Shown here: in pieces, positions 47,584-57,428 of the stretch
Layout: each line of letters opens with the position of its first letter
Position numbering within the stretch: position 1 is the first letter of the stretch
Source of the DNA: an uncultured Chloroflexia bacterium
GTDB lineage: Bacteria > Chloroflexota > Anaerolineae > Anaerolineales > Villigracilaceae
Assembly (NCBI GenBank): GCA_963725805.1
Contig: CAVSAF010000023.1
Coordinates: forward strand, 88,201 to 152,200
Reading direction: 5' to 3'
DNA length: 64,000 bases
Made by a program: the position numbers and the translations under genes
Notes under the pieces: generated by a model
Seen by the model: the letters and a program-made list of their open reading frames with translations, nothing else
Told to the model about the DNA's origin: nothing
Databases searched by the model: none

Positions 47584-48396
47584 ATGGGCGTAAAACAAAC
47601 CTTGAAGCAAATCATCCCGACCTCAGGTTGGACCGTTCTGCACAAGACCTACAGCGGGCTGATACATCTGCCTGACCTGCCTTCCGCATACTTGCACCCC
47701 TGGCGCAGAGCCAGCATGGTTAGATTGGCCGGTTTAAAAAATGCTCACAAGGGCCAGCGTGCTTTTATTATTGGCAACGGTCCCAGCCTTAAGCAGACTG
47801 ATTTGAACAAGCTTAGAGGTGAATTCACTTTCGGCCTGAACCGGATTTACCTTATGTTCCCCGAGCTTGGTTTCCATACCACGTATTTTGTCTCGGTCAA
47901 TGACCTGGTTATCCAGCAATGTGTCAATGACATTTCTGCCCTACCTATGCCGAAGTTTCTCTCCTGGCGCTCGCACCGGTTCTTCCCAGCAGGTCCACTC
48001 CCGGCCACGTTTCTTTACACTACGTACGATAACCCCGCCTTCGCCCGCGATGTCCGTCACCGGGTTTGGGAAAGCGCCACGGTAACGTATGTGGCGCTAC
48101 AATTGGCCTTCCATATGGGCTTTGAGCAGGTTATCCTGGTTGGCGTGGACCACAAAACGAATGTGCCCGGTAAAGCCAATGCCACAATTGTCTCGCAAGG
48201 CGATGACCCTAATCACTTCAACCCGGCTTATTTTGGCAAAGGCTTCCGTTGGCAACTTCCCGATTTTGAAACCTCCGAAATCGGATACCAGCTGGCCCGT
48301 CAGACCTATGAGGCCAACGGACGGCAGGTTCTGGATGCCACGATCGGCGGCAGGTTGACCGTCTTTCCCAAAGCTGATTACCTATCGCTGTTCTGA
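47584..48396 (+). CDS. DUF115 / GT42 (CstII, Maf)-like protein; candidate nonulosonic/ulosonic acid transferase
   Basis: RAFIIGNGPSLKQTDLNKLRGEFTFGLNRIY parallels CstII's IIAGNGPSLKEIDYSRLPNDFDVFRCNQFY. The later ...VTYVALQLAFHMGFEQVILVGVDH parallels ...YMCAVAIALGYKEIYLSGIDFY. Confidence 0.55.
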   Translation: MGVKQTLKQIIPTSGWTVLHKTYSGLIHLPDLPSAYLHPWRRASMVRLAGLKNAHKGQRAFIIGNGPSLKQTDLNKLRGEFTFGLNRIYLMFPELGFHTTYFVSVNDLVIQQCVNDISALPMPKFLSWRSHRFFPAGPLPATFLYTTYDNPAFARDVRHRVWESATVTYVALQLAFHMGFEQVILVGVDHKTNVPGKANATIVSQGDDPNHFNPAYFGKGFRWQLPDFETSEIGYQLARQTYEANGRQVLDATIGGRLTVFPKADYLSLF

Positions 48397-48398
48397 TC

Positions 48399-49346
48399 AT
48401 GGCTGCACTGCCGCTCGTTACGATTGTTACTCCATCCTATAACCAGGCGCGTTTTCTGGAAGCGACCTTGCGCTCGGTGTTGGAACAGGATTATCCAAGC
48501 ATTGAATATCTGGTTGTGGACGGCGCATCCACTGACGGAAGTGTGGAGATCATCCGTCGTTATGCCAACCGCCTGACCTGGTGGGTCTCCGAAAAGGACT
48601 CTGGTCAGCCGGAAGCGGTCAACAAGGGCTTGCAGCGGGCACGTGGTGAATTCGTTGGCTGGCTCAATTCTGATGATATCTACCTCCCGGGTGCACTGTC
48701 CGCAGCCGTAAAGACTTTCCAGTCTCACCCGGAGGCGGGCCTGGTCTATGGCGACGCCCTGGCGATCGACACGGACGGCAAGCCGTTCAACGTGATGCGC
48801 GCCCGCCAGTACACGCTGGCGGATTTGATGGCTTTCAATATTATTTGCCAGCCGGCGGCCTTCATGCGGCGGTCAGTCCTGGTTGAAGTGGGGTATCTCA
48901 ATCCAGCCTACCACCTGCTTATGGACAACCTCCTATGGATGAACATGGCACAGAAGGCTCCCATCCTGTACGCACCACAAACCTGGGCAGCCGCCCGCTA
49001 CCACGACCAGGCCAAGAACCGCACGCGCGGCGCAGCCTATGGACGGGAGGCCAGGGTATTGATTGCCGATTTGCAATCCCGATCGGAATTTTCCGATCTC
49101 ATCCGGTCGGATGAGAAGCGCATCCTCGCCGGGGTGGAACGCTTCGATGCCTTTTATCTCACTGATGCAGGTCATCCGTGGGAGGCGTTGCGTTCTTATG
49201 GGCGGGCCTTTCGTCTTCATCCTGCGACATCCGCCCAGGATTGGAAGCATATTCTTCTGGCATTTTTATCCCTGCTTGGGCTGGGGAAGATCCGCCAGTG
49301 GTACGATCGACTGCGCACCCGCCGCCTGAATTTAGGACAAAGATGA
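48399..49346 (+). CDS. GT2-family glycosyltransferase (paralogue of 52389..53171)
   Basis: LVTIVTPSYNQARFLEATLRSVLEQDYPSIEYLVVDGASTDGSVEIIRRYANRLTWWVSEKDSGQPEAVNKG...WLNSDD. Confidence 0.8.
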   Translation: MAALPLVTIVTPSYNQARFLEATLRSVLEQDYPSIEYLVVDGASTDGSVEIIRRYANRLTWWVSEKDSGQPEAVNKGLQRARGEFVGWLNSDDIYLPGALSAAVKTFQSHPEAGLVYGDALAIDTDGKPFNVMRARQYTLADLMAFNIICQPAAFMRRSVLVEVGYLNPAYHLLMDNLLWMNMAQKAPILYAPQTWAAARYHDQAKNRTRGAAYGREARVLIADLQSRSEFSDLIRSDEKRILAGVERFDAFYLTDAGHPWEALRSYGRAFRLHPATSAQDWKHILLAFLSLLGLGKIRQWYDRLRTRRLNLGQR

Positions 49347-50863
49347 AATTCCTGGTAAAAAGACCTTTTTTTGAACAACCCTGGGTGTGGAAAACCTTAC
49401 TGGCGGCAATTCTGCTGGGCAGCTTCGCTCTGCGCATGATCAACCTGAAAAATCCACCATTGGATTTCGCCGGCACCCGCCAGTTGTTTTCCGCCCTGAA
49501 AGCCCGCGGCATTTATTACCAGTACATGAGCAATGTTCCGGAAGCCACCCGGCAACTGGCGATCAACCTGGGTAATCTGGCGAATATCGAACCGCCTGTG
49601 CTGGATAATCTCGTTGCGCAAACTTACCGGGTAACCGGCGAGCATTTATGGATTGCCCGCATCTATTCTGCCTTCTTTTGGGTGATTGCCGGGTTGGCGC
49701 TTTTCCTGCTCATTCGGGAATTTGCCTCCACCAGCGCGGCCATGATCGGGACGATCTTTTACCTTTTTGTACCTTTCGGGGTGATTGCCAGCCGGGCTTT
49801 CATGCCAGATCCCTTGATGGTGTGCCTGATTATCTTCTCGCTGTGGGCGCTTTTCCGCTGGCAGGTTACCGCCAGTTGGAAATGGGCAATTGCATTTGGC
49901 ATCTTTGCAGGTTTGGCTTTGTTTGTCAAGAACCTGTCGGTATTTATTATCCTGGGGGGATTTGCCGGGGTCATCCTTGGGGCAAGAGGCTTGAAAAGAT
50001 CCATCCGCGACCCGCAGGTCTGGACGATGGCTGGGCTGATGATCCTGCCGGTGGGTATTTATACAATATATGGGATACTGAAACTGAATATGGCGGGACA
50101 ATTTGCCTTGCGTTTCTTCCCAAATATGTGGGTCGACCCGGCATTCTATTTTCGTTGGGCTTTTACAGTAAATGCCAACATCGGCTGGACGGCAGTCCTC
50201 GTGGCTGCCCTGAGCATTTTCCTGGCCGATTCGAAGCGTGAGCGGCCTCTTTTGATCGGATTATGGGTTGGCTATTTCCTTTTTGGGATGGTCTTTTCGT
50301 ACCATTTTTATTCACATGATTATTACCAGTTGCCTTTTATCCCCGTGGTTGCCATCTCGATGGCTCCAGGCTTGCGGCTGTTCTTTGAGCGCTTTTTCAA
50401 AATAAGTCCGGGCATCTTTCCCCGGCTGGTCTTGACTGCGGTGGTGCTGGTCGGGATGGCAATCCCGTCCTGGTACTCCCGCGATCTGATCATGGGTTCT
50501 GATTATTCCAATGAGCCCGGTTTCTGGGCCGGGATCGGTGATAAACTCGGCCATGCTGGCGGCGTGATTGGTCTGACCCAGGATTATGGCTACCGCCTGG
50601 CCTACTGGGGCTGGCAGGGCTCAACTGCCTGGCTTACCAGCGCTGATATCGACCTGCGCTACCTGGCTGGGCAGAACGTGAATCTTTTGCAAACCTTCCA
50701 GCAGGATACCGCCGGTTATAAGTACTTCCTTGTCACCATGTTCGGGGAGCTGGACAAGGAACCGGTCATAAAGGATTTGCTGTACAAGAATTATCCGATC
50801 TATGTCCAGACGGATGAATATATCATATTCGATCTCCAGCATCCTCTTTCGACCCATCCATAA
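49343..50863 (+). CDS. GT-C-like (ArnT/GT39-83 type) membrane glycosyltransferase candidate
   Basis: ATG 49343 overlaps the GT2 stop (ATGA); ORF-track 49178 overlaps the GT2. ...RMINLKNPPLDF...IARIYSAFFWVIAGLALFLLIREF...FVPFGVIASRAFMPDPLMV... Confidence 0.55.
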   Translation: MKFLVKRPFFEQPWVWKTLLAAILLGSFALRMINLKNPPLDFAGTRQLFSALKARGIYYQYMSNVPEATRQLAINLGNLANIEPPVLDNLVAQTYRVTGEHLWIARIYSAFFWVIAGLALFLLIREFASTSAAMIGTIFYLFVPFGVIASRAFMPDPLMVCLIIFSLWALFRWQVTASWKWAIAFGIFAGLALFVKNLSVFIILGGFAGVILGARGLKRSIRDPQVWTMAGLMILPVGIYTIYGILKLNMAGQFALRFFPNMWVDPAFYFRWAFTVNANIGWTAVLVAALSIFLADSKRERPLLIGLWVGYFLFGMVFSYHFYSHDYYQLPFIPVVAISMAPGLRLFFERFFKISPGIFPRLVLTAVVLVGMAIPSWYSRDLIMGSDYSNEPGFWAGIGDKLGHAGGVIGLTQDYGYRLAYWGWQGSTAWLTSADIDLRYLAGQNVNLLQTFQQDTAGYKYFLVTMFGELDKEPVIKDLLYKNYPIYVQTDEYIIFDLQHPLSTHP

Positions 50864-50878
50864 GGATAATGGCCAAGA

Positions 50879-52385
50879 ATGGACAGTGTTAGGGAACACA
50901 AATTATTTGCTAGACCTTGGCTGATGACAGTTCTGCTGGTAGTGCTTTTTGTTGCCGCCCTCGGCATCCGGCTGTATGATCTGACCGACCTGCCGAATGA
51001 TTTCTATATGACACGCCAGTATCGTTCGCTGCTGATTGCCCGCGGTATGTATTATCAACATCTGACCACCATCCCGGATTGGCAGCGCAGCATGGCAGTC
51101 TCCCAGTGGAAAGCGGAAGGGCTGATTGAGCCTCCCATCATGGAAGGCATCGTCGCACTGACTTATAACCTGACCGGCGTGCAAACCTGGATGGGCCGCG
51201 TTGTATGCTTCCCTTTTCTGGCTGGCTGGCGGCTTCGCCATCTGGCTTCTGGCAAAAGAGATGTCCATGCGGGCCGGCGGCATCATCGCCCTGGCTTATT
51301 TTTTGTTCGTTCCATTTGGGGTGACAGTCAGCCGGGCTTTTCTGCCCGATCCATTGATGGTGGCGATGATCGCCTGGTCGCTTTGGGCGCTCTATCGTTG
51401 GGAGAAGTATCGGACCTGGAAAATGGCCATCCTGGCCGGCGTGTTGACCGGTTTGACGATTCTTGTTAAATCGGTGGCAGTTTTTCCGCTGTTGGGCGCA
51501 GCCGCCGGATTGGTGATCAGTCGGGTCTCCTGGAAGCGCATTTTTGCCGATAAACAAACCTGGCTCGTGGTTGGCATTACGATTGTCCCGACCATTATCT
51601 ACTATGTATATGGGATCATTACCAGTAACCTGGGCAGCCAATTTGGGCTGCGCTTCTTTCCCTCATATTGGATGGATCCATCTTTCTACGGTCGCTGGAT
51701 TTTTATGGCAGCTGGTTTCGCCGGGTTTGCGGCCATGTTCGCCGCGTTGATCGGTATCCTGTTATATCCCACCAATCGCCAGCGTTTCATCGCCATCGGC
51801 CTGTGGGTTGGATACATTGCTTACGGTTTCACTTTCCCTTATCACTTCATCACCCATGATTATTATCACCTGCCGATTCTCCTGGTGGTGGCCTTCGGCC
51901 TGGTCCCGGTGGCAGATTTCCTGGTGCGAGGCCTGTTGGAGCAGAAAGGCTGGGTTTGGCGGGCCGGATTCGTCGGAGTTTTGTTGCTCGGTGTAGCTAT
52001 GCAAATGTGGGGAGAGCGCAATACCATGGCAGTGGCTAATTATCGGGATGACATCCCTTATTATCAGAATCTTGGGAATTTGATCGGACATGATAAAAAA
52101 ATAATCGAAGTTTCTGGCGATTATGGTTACAGGCTGGCTTATTGGGGCTGGATAAGCGGGGAATATTGGCCAAGTAACATGGATACCAACCTGCGTTCCC
52201 TGGCTGGGCAGGCTGCCCCGGTATTCTCGTCCGAGTTTTCCCGCTATACAGCCGGCATGGATGAATTTGTCATCACGTCCCTTGGTGAACTCGATGCGCA
52301 GCCTCAACTGCGTGATTACCTGGCTGATGGTTATCCAATTTTTGCTAAGGGTGAAGGTTACCTGATCTACAATCTCAAGCCGTGA
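50879..52385 (+). pseudogene. Paralogue of 49343..50863, split by a +1 frame disruption at ~51200
   Basis: ORF 50879..51469 matches the paralogue only up to ...LTGVQTWMGRV. ORF 51201..52385 resumes at YASLFWLAGGFAIWLLAKEMS...FVPFGVTVSRAFLPDPLMV, exactly where the paralogue has IYSAFFWVIAGLALFLLIREFAS. The junction is GGC CGC GTT [G] TAT GCT. Confidence 0.7.
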
Positions 52386-52388
52386 CCT

Positions 52389-53171
52389 ATGTCTGACACA
52401 AATTTGCCTCTCGTCTCGATTATCACACCGTCCTTTAACCAGGCGCATTTCCTGGAAAGCACCATATGCTCGGTCTTGGATCAGGATTATCCCAACATTG
52501 AATACATCATTGTGGACGGCGGGTCCAACGATGGTAGTGTGGAAATCATCCGGCGTTACTCGGATCGGTTGGCCTGGTGGGTTTCGGAAAAAGACCGCGG
52601 CCAGACCGATGCCATCAACAAAGGCTTCGCCCACGCAAAAGGCGCAATCCTGGCCTGGCTTAACTCCGACGATACTTACGAAAAAAACGCCGTGAGGGAG
52701 GCGGTCGCGTTTTTACTCGACCACCCCGAGGTTGGCCTGGTGTATGGTAATGCCAATTTTATAGATGAGGCCGGCCAAATGATCGGTCATTTTCCTGCTG
52801 CCCAGACCAGTTACAGGCGTTTAAGACGCGGCTATGTCCACATCCCTCAGCAGTCCTCCTTCTGGCGTGCGGACTTATGGCGCAAGGTTGGTCCGCTCGA
52901 CCCTTCGTTTTATTTTGCAATGGATTACGATTTGTGGGTCCGGCTGGCAGCTTTGGCTCCCGTACAATATTTACCACGGCTCTGGGCAAATTTTCGCCTT
53001 CACACTCGCGGAAAAACGATCACCGCAGATGATCGCTGCTGGCCGGAAATGCTCAAGGTACATTATCGTGATGGTGGCTCATGGTTCGGGGTATTGCCAG
53101 CCAAGTACCTCCTTCGCAAGGCGGTTGGACCGCTGCTCAGTGCGCGCCGCCGCGCAAAATTATCAGGATAG
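52389..53171 (+). CDS. GT2-family glycosyltransferase (paralogue of 48399..49346)
   Basis: LVSIITPSFNQAHFLESTICSVLDQDYPNIEYIIVDGGSNDGSVEIIRRYSDRLAWWVSEKDRGQTDAINKG...WLNSDD. Confidence 0.8.
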   Translation: MSDTNLPLVSIITPSFNQAHFLESTICSVLDQDYPNIEYIIVDGGSNDGSVEIIRRYSDRLAWWVSEKDRGQTDAINKGFAHAKGAILAWLNSDDTYEKNAVREAVAFLLDHPEVGLVYGNANFIDEAGQMIGHFPAAQTSYRRLRRGYVHIPQQSSFWRADLWRKVGPLDPSFYFAMDYDLWVRLAALAPVQYLPRLWANFRLHTRGKTITADDRCWPEMLKVHYRDGGSWFGVLPAKYLLRKAVGPLLSARRRAKLSG

Positions 53172-53313
53172 ATGATCTTTCACGAACTGAACCAGTGAAT
53201 CTATCGCCTGCTGTGATTGGCACCAGCCTTGGCGCGTTCCATTTTCCTGCTGGTCGCCCTGTCTGTGTTCCATGGTAAAATCCTCCCGTCTTTCAGCAAA
53301 TCTATAGGTAATC

Positions 53314-54132
53314 ATGCAATCAACCCCGATTTATGATTCAGCCCAATTAATTCCGCACGCCCTCCAGGAACTGAAGGAAGCATTGAATTACCGTCACCTG
53401 CTTTTCCAACTGGTGCGACGTGATATTGTTGCTCGCTATAAACGCTCCTTCCTTGGCGTGGCCTGGACCATGCTCAGCCCACTGGGTATCATGCTGGTTC
53501 TCAGCTTCGTCTTTTCTCAACTGTTTGGCCAGATCCGCGCATACCCTGCCTACATATTATGTGGCCTGATGGCCTGGAATTTCTTTTCCCAGAGCACCAT
53601 GATGGCAATAAGCAGCCTGGTTTGGGGAGGCGGATTGCTGCAACGCATTTATATCCCGCGTGCTGCTTTTGGCATCTCCGCGATTGGATCGGGCATGGTT
53701 AACCTGATCTTATCCTTTGTACCACTCATTATTGTGATGGCCATCACAGGGGTATCGCTCCGGATCACAGTAGCTTTCCTGCCAGTTTCTCTACTATTAC
53801 TGGCCTGTTTCACCCTCGGCCTGGGCCTGACGATTTCGACACTGGCAGTCTATTTCCCTGATGTGGCCGAGATGTACCAGATCATCCTGACTGCCTGGAT
53901 GTACCTGACTCCGATCATTTATCCGGAGACGATCTTTCCGGCCAAATACGCATTGATCTTGCATCTAAATCCCTTATATTACCTGGTCAAACTCTGGCGC
54001 CTGCCATTGTATGATGGGCGTTGGCCCACTTGGGGTGAGATCTGGCCGGCCATGGTGATAGCTTTCGGGATGTTGTTGGTGGGATGGCTCATCTTTACCT
54101 CAAAATCCGATGAATTTGCCTATCGTGTCTGA
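53314..54132 (+). CDS. wzm: ABC-2 type polysaccharide export permease (Wzm-like), copy 2
   Basis: YRHLLFQLVRRDIVARYKRSFLGVAWTMLSPL motif plus 6 TM helices. Confidence 0.85.
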   Translation: MQSTPIYDSAQLIPHALQELKEALNYRHLLFQLVRRDIVARYKRSFLGVAWTMLSPLGIMLVLSFVFSQLFGQIRAYPAYILCGLMAWNFFSQSTMMAISSLVWGGGLLQRIYIPRAAFGISAIGSGMVNLILSFVPLIIVMAITGVSLRITVAFLPVSLLLLACFTLGLGLTISTLAVYFPDVAEMYQIILTAWMYLTPIIYPETIFPAKYALILHLNPLYYLVKLWRLPLYDGRWPTWGEIWPAMVIAFGMLLVGWLIFTSKSDEFAYRV

Positions 54133-54904
54133 GTCGCTTAGGATAATTGCTGAGGATTCTGTGACTAATCTTGTGGAGGCTGTTCATCTCGAGGCTGTTT
54201 CAGTACGCTACCGTGTGCCCAGCGAACGTGTTGGCAGCTTTAAAGAATATTTTATCCGCCGGCTGAAAGGCCAGGTCCAAATGCGTACGTTCTGGGCACT
54301 ACAGGATGTCAGCTTTGAGGTTAACCGGGGCGAGGTGTTCGGACTGGTAGGGGTTAACGGAGCCGGCAAGAGCACACTTCTCAAGGTGGTGGCACGCGTC
54401 CTGCGTCCCACCCGGGGCCGGGTGGTGGTTAGAGGCAGGGTGGCACCTCTGCTGGAGCTGGGCGCTGGTTTCCACCCGGAACTGACTGGTGAAGAGAATA
54501 TCTACCTGAACGGTGCCTTGCTGGGTTTCAGTCGCCATGAAATGCAGGAAAAATATGACCAGATCGTGGATTTCTCCGAACTGGGTGAGTTCATCAATGC
54601 TCCCATCCGGACCTATTCCTCTGGTATGTACGCTCGCCTGGGCTTTTCAGTCGCCACTGCCAGCGAGCCGGATGTCTTGATCGTGGACGAAGTTCTATCC
54701 GTCGGGGACGAGGCCTTCCAGAAGAAATGTGAGGCGCGTATCAATGCCTTTCGCCAACGCGGCGCAGCCATTTTGTTGGTCTCTCACACCATGGCCACGA
54801 TCGAGGAAATGTGCCAGCGGGCTGCCTGGCTGGATCATGGGACCTTAAAGGCCATTGGAGAGCCTACCCAGGTCATCCAGGCTTATCGGGAAAGGGGAAG
54901 TTGA
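54110..54904 (+). CDS. wzt: ABC exporter ATPase (Wzt-like), copy 2, no C-terminal binding domain
   Basis: Walker A GVNGAGKST, signature YSSGMYARLGF, Walker B VLIVDEVL. It ends about 20 aa after the H-loop (264 aa). The exact start is uncertain (23-nt overlap with wzm). Confidence 0.8.
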   Translation: MNLPIVSESLRIIAEDSVTNLVEAVHLEAVSVRYRVPSERVGSFKEYFIRRLKGQVQMRTFWALQDVSFEVNRGEVFGLVGVNGAGKSTLLKVVARVLRPTRGRVVVRGRVAPLLELGAGFHPELTGEENIYLNGALLGFSRHEMQEKYDQIVDFSELGEFINAPIRTYSSGMYARLGFSVATASEPDVLIVDEVLSVGDEAFQKKCEARINAFRQRGAAILLVSHTMATIEEMCQRAAWLDHGTLKAIGEPTQVIQAYRERGS

Positions 54905-54908
54905 ACTT

Positions 54909-55457
54909 ATGGTGTTCGAAAAGACCGACATACCTGATGTATTGATAATTCAACCCAAGGTCTTTGGTGATAAGCGGGGTTTCAACCTGGAAACTTTTCG
55001 CTCGGACATCTTTGCCAGATCAGGCATACCCGGACCTTTCGTTCAGGACAATCATTCCGGTTCCCAGCAAGGTATTTTACGTGGGCTGCACTACCAGATT
55101 CGCCAAAGTCAGGGAAAACTGGTCCGTGCTGTTGTAGGGGTGATCTTTGATGTCGCAGTGGACCTGCGGCGAAGCTCGCCGACTTTCGGCCGCTGGGTGG
55201 GGGTACTTCTTTCCGCAGAAAACAAGCTGCAGGTGTGGATACCGATGGGTTTTGCACATGGGTTTTATGTTTTAAGTGATTGGGCGGAAGTGATCTATAA
55301 AACCACGGATTATTATGCCCCTGAATGGGAACGCTCGCTGAAATGGAACGATCCAACCTTGGGGATAAAATGGCCGCTGCTGCATGGAAGGGAACCGGTT
55401 CTCTCGGAAAGAGATTCACATGGGAAATTATTATCCGAGGCGGAACTCTTCGATTAG
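54909..55457 (+). CDS. rmlC: dTDP-4-dehydrorhamnose 3,5-epimerase
   Basis: IPDVLIIQPKVFGDKRGFNLETF...QDNHSGSQQGILRGLHYQ...GKLVRAVVGVIFDVAVDLR...GFAHGF. Confidence 0.9.
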   Translation: MVFEKTDIPDVLIIQPKVFGDKRGFNLETFRSDIFARSGIPGPFVQDNHSGSQQGILRGLHYQIRQSQGKLVRAVVGVIFDVAVDLRRSSPTFGRWVGVLLSAENKLQVWIPMGFAHGFYVLSDWAEVIYKTTDYYAPEWERSLKWNDPTLGIKWPLLHGREPVLSERDSHGKLLSEAELFD

Positions 55458-55467
55458 GAGTTGCACA

Positions 55468-56556
55468 ATGAGGACCATTCTGGTTACCGGCGGCGCAGGG
55501 TTTATTGGCTCAAATTTCGTTCGTTACGTTTTAAGGACCCAGCCCGATTCTTTCGTTGTCAATCTGGATCTGCTGACCTATGCCGGCAGCCTGGAAAACC
55601 TGAAGGATTTGCCCTCATCTGAACGCTACGAATTTATTAAGGGTGACATTTGCGATCAATCCCTGGCAGAGGACATCCTTCGGCGCAATGCGGTGGATAC
55701 CATTGTACATTTTGCCGCAGAAACACATGTTGACCGGTCCATCATTGGCCCCGCTGCATTTGTGCGGACCAACATCTTTGGTACTTTTTCCCTTCTGGAA
55801 GCAGCCCGCAAGGTCTGGTTGGATGAAAACGAGGCAGATGGTAAAACTGTCCGCTTTCATCATGTGTCCACAGATGAAGTCTTTGGTTCGTTGACCGCGG
55901 ACGCACCTGCTTTCGAGGAGACTACTCCTTATTCCCCGAATTCACCTTATGCGGCTTCTAAAGCCAGTAGTGATCATCTGGTTCGCGCTTATTTGCATAC
56001 TTATGGCTTGCCCATCACGCTCACCAACTGCTCGAATAATTATGGGCCATACCAGTTCCCTGAAAAGCTTATTCCATTGGTCACTTTCAATGCATTGGAG
56101 GGAAAACCCTTGCCCATCTATGGCGACGGGAAACAGATTCGTGACTGGCTGTATGTGGAGGATCATTGCGAGGCCATCTGGCAGGTTCTGGAACATGGGC
56201 AGATTGGCGAGAGCTACAATATTGGTGGGAACAACCAACCCACAAATCTGGAAATTGTGGATACCATCTGTGAGATTCTGGACGAGTTGAAGCCTGGATC
56301 GCCCTATCACCCCCATGCCGGTTTGAAGAAATTTGTGAACGACCGGCCGGGACATGATCGGCGTTATGGCATGAATATTAATAAAATCAAGCGGGAATTG
56401 GGCTGGCATCCGAAATATACTTTGAGGGAAGGCCTCTTGAAAACAATTGCTTGGTATCTGGAGCATGATGATTGGATCAAGACCATACGTAAGCAAAAAG
56501 AATACCAGTCGTGGCTTGACCAGAACTATGCTGAACGTGTGGAGGGCCAGAAATGA
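55468..56556 (+). CDS. rmlB: dTDP-glucose 4,6-dehydratase
   Basis: [14 protein letters not shown]...[11 protein letters not shown]...[19 protein letters not shown]...[20 protein letters not shown] 55468 follows AGGAG. Confidence 0.9.
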   Translation: MRTILVTGGAGFIGSNFVRYVLRTQPDSFVVNLDLLTYAGSLENLKDLPSSERYEFIKGDICDQSLAEDILRRNAVDTIVHFAAETHVDRSIIGPAAFVRTNIFGTFSLLEAARKVWLDENEADGKTVRFHHVSTDEVFGSLTADAPAFEETTPYSPNSPYAASKASSDHLVRAYLHTYGLPITLTNCSNNYGPYQFPEKLIPLVTFNALEGKPLPIYGDGKQIRDWLYVEDHCEAIWQVLEHGQIGESYNIGGNNQPTNLEIVDTICEILDELKPGSPYHPHAGLKKFVNDRPGHDRRYGMNINKIKRELGWHPKYTLREGLLKTIAWYLEHDDWIKTIRKQKEYQSWLDQNYAERVEGQK

Positions 56557-57428
56557 AAGGAATCATCCTGGCGGGAGGCAAAGGAACACGTTTGCACCCA
56601 CTTACCCTGGCAGTGAGCAAGCAGCTCCTCCCGGTGTACGATAAACCTTTGATTTATTATCCGCTTTCAATGCTGATGCTTGCAGGAATTCGTGAAGTTC
56701 TGGTCATCAGCACCCCGGATGATCTGCCGCTTTTCAGACATTTATTGGGCAGTGGCCAGCAGTGGGGGATGCAGTTCAGTTATGCTGAACAAGCCGAGCC
56801 GCGCGGCTTGGCAGATGCTTTTATCGTCGGAGAGCAGTTTGTGGGTGAAAATCCGGCCTGCCTGATCCTGGGAGATAATATCTTCTTCGGCCACGGGCTG
56901 GCTGATCAAATGCAAGCGGCTGCAGCATTAAAAATGGGTGCACTGGTGTTCGCCTATCCGGTGCGCGACCCCCAGCGTTATGGCGTGATTGAATTCGATG
57001 ATCGCGGGCGTGCGATCAGCATTGAAGAAAAGCCAGCCAGGCCGCGCTCGAATTTCGCTGTTCCGGGGTTGTATTTCTACGATCATCGCGTGGTGTCCTT
57101 TGCCAGGGCACTCAAGCCCTCCGCACGCGGCGAGATCGAGATCACGGATTTGAACAAGATCTATCTTGAAATGGGCCAATTGCAGGTTCAACAACTGGGA
57201 CGCGGCATTGCCTGGTTGGATGCAGGCACGCATGAATCACTCTTGCAGGCGGCTAATTTTATCCAGACCGTGCAGGAAAGGCAGGGAATTATGATTTCCT
57301 GCCCGGAGGAGATTGCCTATCGAAAGGGTTTCATCTCCCGGGAAGCGTTAATCGCGATAGCTGGTTCGTACAAGCATAATGGCTATGGCGATTACCTGTT
57401 CCGGTTGATTGAGATGGAAGTTTCATGA
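56553..57428 (+). CDS. rmlA: Glucose-1-phosphate thymidylyltransferase
   Basis: [39 protein letters not shown]...RGLADAF...LGDNIF...YGVIEFD. Confidence 0.9.
   Translation: MKGIILAGGKGTRLHPLTLAVSKQLLPVYDKPLIYYPLSMLMLAGIREVLVISTPDDLPLFRHLLGSGQQWGMQFSYAEQAEPRGLADAFIVGEQFVGENPACLILGDNIFFGHGLADQMQAAAALKMGALVFAYPVRDPQRYGVIEFDDRGRAISIEEKPARPRSNFAVPGLYFYDHRVVSFARALKPSARGEIEITDLNKIYLEMGQLQVQQLGRGIAWLDAGTHESLLQAANFIQTVQERQGIMISCPEEIAYRKGFISREALIAIAGSYKHNGYGDYLFRLIEMEVS

Noticed and set aside
51762-52634. 290-aa minus-strand ORF
   Set aside because: It is antisense to the GT-C paralogue and the GT2 gene, whose plus-strand translations align to paralogues. It is a shadow ORF.
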